Program-made: the position numbers and the translations under genes | Part shown: positions 29,364 through 32,000 of the stretch, piece by piece | How positions within the stretch are numbered: position 1 is the stretch's first letter | How the letters are laid out: every line of letters begins with the position of its first letter | Notes under the pieces: generated by a model | The model's input: the letters and a program-made list of their open reading frames with translations, nothing else | The model's database searches: none | What the model was told of the DNA's origin: nothing | Assembly (NCBI GenBank): GCA_963662715.1 | Contig: OY759724.1 | Span: 30,001-62,000 of the forward strand | DNA length: 32,000 nucleotides | Reading direction: 5' to 3' | Source: Candidatus Omnitrophota bacterium | GTDB lineage: Bacteria; Omnitrophota; Gorgyraeia; Zapsychrales; JANLHA01

Positions 29364-29372
29364 CACCTCCTT
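29364..29372 (-). promoter_or_regulatory. Strong Shine-Dalgarno sequence of the EF-hand gene
   Basis: The minus strand reads AAGGAGGTG-CAAG-ATG. Most other genes in the window lack an obvious SD. Confidence 0.6.
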
Positions 29373-29531
29373 AAATCTTAAAATTCTCTCTTGAATTTTT
29401 ATTCTCAGTCAAACTTGTCGATTCGCTTTTATTATACAATCGCAGCAACCAATGTCAATAAATAACAAATAATAATTCTCCCCATGGCGCATCTTATTCT
29501 TCGACGAGAAAATCAGCCCCACAACAACATT

Positions 29532-30236
29532 CTACACGCTGTTTTGCAAACGTGACAGGCATTCCGCCTCCTCCGGAGTCAAAGCTGTCTCTACGGTCTG
29601 GACATGAAAGTGTTGCAGGAACGCGTTTTTAATCTGTTGCTGATTCAAAGGGATATTCACAAGAAATTCCTGATGCGCCCGCCCCCGCCTGTACTCCGGA
29701 ACGGCATGAGGGATTCTCAAACACTGTTCAATCTTATCGATGTCGAAATCATAAAGAATCGTCCCGTGATGCAGGATAAATCTTTTCGCCCGTTTCTGCG
29801 CATTGCCGGAAAACTTGCGCTCCCCTTCCGGGACAACAAGATCAGAGACAGGACGGAATTCCGCTTGCACACCGTTTCGGGACATAATACGGATGATCTC
29901 GGTCAATATCACCTGATAGGATTTACGAATGTCATGCAAACGCTCATCGGCTTGTTTGTCCAGAATAAGAGTATAGTTAAAACACCCCGGCCCCTGGAGA
30001 ACCGTCCCCCCTCCAGAGGAACGGCGCAAAACAGGGATGTCATCCCGCTGACTTTGTTCCGGGACCACATCCTCGTCTGCCTTTCCGGTCCGGCCCAAAA
30101 CGACAAAGAACGAGGAAGACTCCCAGAAACGCAAGATTTCCCCGCCGGAATGCCCCCGTTCGGCCAAGAGCAACAAAGCATCGTCCAGGAGCAGATTCTC
30201 CTCGGGAGACGAGAATGTTATGTCTTTGCATCGCAT
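29532..30236 (-). CDS. Lipoate-protein ligase / octanoyltransferase family protein (BPL_LplA_LipB domain)
   Basis: 234 aa. Motifs present: RRSSGGGTVLQGPG and the lysine motif RKFSGNAQKR. The start overlaps the gcvPB stop by 19 nt, and the product fits lipoylation of GcvH. Confidence 0.8.
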   Translation of the reverse strand: MRCKDITFSSPEENLLLDDALLLLAERGHSGGEILRFWESSSFFVVLGRTGKADEDVVPEQSQRDDIPVLRRSSGGGTVLQGPGCFNYTLILDKQADERLHDIRKSYQVILTEIIRIMSRNGVQAEFRPVSDLVVPEGERKFSGNAQKRAKRFILHHGTILYDFDIDKIEQCLRIPHAVPEYRRGRAHQEFLVNIPLNQQQIKNAFLQHFHVQTVETALTPEEAECLSRLQNSV

Positions 30237-31684
30237 GAGTTAAAAAAGTTTGCCTTCAACTCCCGGGCCGCTTTGCCTTCATCCGGACGGGAAATAGGCG
30301 TTGTCTGCGGACAATCCTTCAAGGCTTGCGGATGGGAAGCCGCCAAGGACACAGCGTTCTCAACAGCATGAATGAACCGGTCCATCATTTCTTTTGATTC
30401 ACATTCCGTCGGTTCAATCATCATGGCTTCTTTGACAATGAGGGGGAAATATATCGTAGGCGGATGAAACCCTTGATCAATGAGATATTTGGCGATATCA
30501 ATCGCATGGACATCCTGAGCCAGCAGGTCTTTCGCGGACAGCACACATTCATGCAGACAAGACCGGGGATAGGCGGCCGGCAGAATGGACTGCAGCTGAT
30601 GTTGCATATAATTGGCGTTCAATACAGAGTGGGAGCTTGTCTCCATAAGGCCTGCTTTGCCCAAAAGCAAAATATACGCATAAGCCTTAAGGATGACGCC
30701 AAAGTTACCGTAAAAAGAGGCGATATACCCGATGGACTGGGGGTAACGATAATCCAGATGAAAAATTCCGTCTTTATTTTGAACAACCCGGGAAACCGGC
30801 AAATAAGGGACCAGAGAAGCTTTCACTCCGACCGGCCCGGCTCCGGGCCCGCCTCCGCCGTGAGGGGCCGAAAAAGTTTTATGCAAGTTCACATGAATCA
30901 CATCAAAACCGACGTCCCCCGGCCGGCATTTTCCGAGAAGCGCATTAAGGTTCGCGCCGTCATAGTACATCAGTCCGTCGACATCATGGACCAAAGCCGC
31001 AATTTTATCAATATCAGAATTAAACAATCCCAGCGTGTTGGGACATGTCAACATGACAGCGGCGACCTCCTCGTTCATATGAGCTTTCAAGATATCCATA
31101 TCCATGAGCCCCCGGTCATCCGTCGGAATCGACAGGGTTTCAAATCCCGCGATGGCCGCTGAAGCCGGATTGGTGCCGTGAGCGGAGTCGGGAATGATAA
31201 TATATTTTTTCTTGTTCCCTTTTGCCTTGTGATACGCCGCGATGATCATAACGCCGGTCAACTCTCCGTGAGCTCCGGCGAGCGGTTGCATTGTAAAAGC
31301 ATCCATCCCCGTTATTTCCGTTAGCCAGCGCTCCATATCATACAAAACCTGCAGAGCTCCCTGGGTATACCGCTCCCCCTGACGCAACTGGGGCAGCAAC
31401 GGGTGCAAGTCAACAAACCCCGTGGATGCGGCCAATGATTCCGTAAAGCGGGGGTTATACTTCATCGTGCAGGATCCCAAAGGATAAAAATGAGTGTCAA
31501 CCGAGAAATTCATTTGCGACAATTGCGTATAATGTCTCACGCAGTCGAGCTCCGTCACCTCAGGAAAAGGCAAAGGCGAGGTCCGGCTGTACTTTAACGG
31601 AAGGGCCGTCGGAGCATCCACATCCGATTTTGACACTCTAAAACCCCGGCGTCCTGCTACTGTTTTTTCAAAAATAAGTTCCAT
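30218..31684 (-). CDS. gcvPB: Glycine dehydrogenase (aminomethyl-transferring) subunit 2
   Basis: 488 aa. The N-terminus MELIFEKTVAGRRGF is typical. The PLP-lysine region is VIHVNLHKTFSAPHGGGGPGAGPVGV. Confidence 0.93.
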   Translation of the reverse strand: MELIFEKTVAGRRGFRVSKSDVDAPTALPLKYSRTSPLPFPEVTELDCVRHYTQLSQMNFSVDTHFYPLGSCTMKYNPRFTESLAASTGFVDLHPLLPQLRQGERYTQGALQVLYDMERWLTEITGMDAFTMQPLAGAHGELTGVMIIAAYHKAKGNKKKYIIIPDSAHGTNPASAAIAGFETLSIPTDDRGLMDMDILKAHMNEEVAAVMLTCPNTLGLFNSDIDKIAALVHDVDGLMYYDGANLNALLGKCRPGDVGFDVIHVNLHKTFSAPHGGGGPGAGPVGVKASLVPYLPVSRVVQNKDGIFHLDYRYPQSIGYIASFYGNFGVILKAYAYILLLGKAGLMETSSHSVLNANYMQHQLQSILPAAYPRSCLHECVLSAKDLLAQDVHAIDIAKYLIDQGFHPPTIYFPLIVKEAMMIEPTECESKEMMDRFIHAVENAVSLAASHPQALKDCPQTTPISRPDEGKAARELKANFFNSCDAKT

Positions 31685-31759
31685 AGATAAAACTCTAAAA
31701 TTGTTATCGCGAATCCTCCCCCGATCAAAAAAGCCGTCCGGACAATCCCCTTTCAGCCG

Positions 31760-32000
31760 TCAGTCCTGCATGACATCTTCCAGATGTTTCGCAAACTGCA
31801 GAATTTCCGAGCGGGTCCTTTTTTCGGTTACGGCCATAATCATATAATCGTTCATTTCCGGATAATAACGGCCCAGAGGAAATCCGGCGACGAAGCCTTT
31901 CTGAATCATGGCTTCAACGACCTCGTGAGCGTCTCTATCCAGCCGAACGGTAAACTCGTTAAATGTCGGGGCACTTTTCTTAACCTCCACCCCGGGAATC
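31760..32000 (-). CDS. gcvPA: Glycine dehydrogenase subunit 1, C-terminal fragment (the 5' end lies beyond the window)
   Basis: The C-terminal sequence is ...FNEFTVRLDRDAHEVVEAMIQKGFVAGFPLGRYYPEMNDYMIMAVTEKRTRSEILQFAKHLEDVMQD, located directly upstream of gcvPB. The frame is open to the window edge. Confidence 0.8.
   Translation of the reverse strand, partial: IPGVEVKKSAPTFNEFTVRLDRDAHEVVEAMIQKGFVAGFPLGRYYPEMNDYMIMAVTEKRTRSEILQFAKHLEDVMQD

Noticed and set aside
18781-31162. Overlapping or antisense ORFs sit within well-supported genes, for example 18781..19077 +, 19199..19441 +, 21434..21937 +, 21921..22265 +, 22297..22554 +, 23635..23883 +, 24478..25136 (several), 25185..25505 +, 25756..26288 +, 27729..28674 (several), 28847..29179 +, 29604..30371 +, 29909..30231 -, 30464..31162 +.
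   Set aside because: Each is embedded in a longer minus-strand ORF that has clear family motifs (secretin, ExeA, GT2, methyltransferase, S41, LplA-like, GcvPB). Their products are low-complexity or Arg-rich shadow translations.
1-32000. I considered whether the giant gene and secretin module sit on a mobile element or genomic island.
   Set aside because: No integrase, transposase, tRNA target, flanking direct repeats or obvious compositional break is visible by eye. Housekeeping genes (gcvPA/PB, lipoate ligase) follow on the same strand. This cannot be excluded without the wider contig.

Overview
All convincing genes in this bacterial window lie on the minus strand, and one giant gene dominates it. 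Positions 1-18412 (minus) form one uninterrupted reading frame. It starts at an ATG at 18412 and is still open at position 1, giving at least 6137 codons. It is missing from the supplied ORF track, apparently because it has no stop codon inside the window. The N-terminal ~1320 codons encode a signal anchor followed by lectin-like, parallel beta-helix, FN3-like and Ig-like modules. The remaining ~14.4 kb is about 370 tandem copies of a 39-bp / 13-residue acidic, Trp-containing repeat (consensus x-D-I-D-V-M-S-D-A-G-I-N-W). The array has nested higher-order periods of 234 bp and 3432 bp, including a 2410-bp duplicate that looks perfect. The 3869-aa plus-strand ORF in the track is the antisense shadow of this array. 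Directly upstream and co-oriented is a four-gene module: an ExeA/MshM-like AAA ATPase, a GspC/PilP-like bitopic protein, a secretin, and a secreted coiled-coil/TPR protein. I propose this as a candidate dedicated export or assembly apparatus for the giant protein. The rest of the window holds a GT2 / DUF2304 / methyltransferase / GT2 cluster, a small membrane protein, an S41 peptidase, a secreted EF-hand protein, a lipoate-protein ligase, gcvPB and the 3' end of gcvPA. I recognised no rRNA, tRNA, CRISPR, transposase or integrase. All domain calls come from reading motifs by eye; no searches were run. The source organism is unknown. An uncultivated lineage known for giant genes, such as Omnitrophota, is only a guess.
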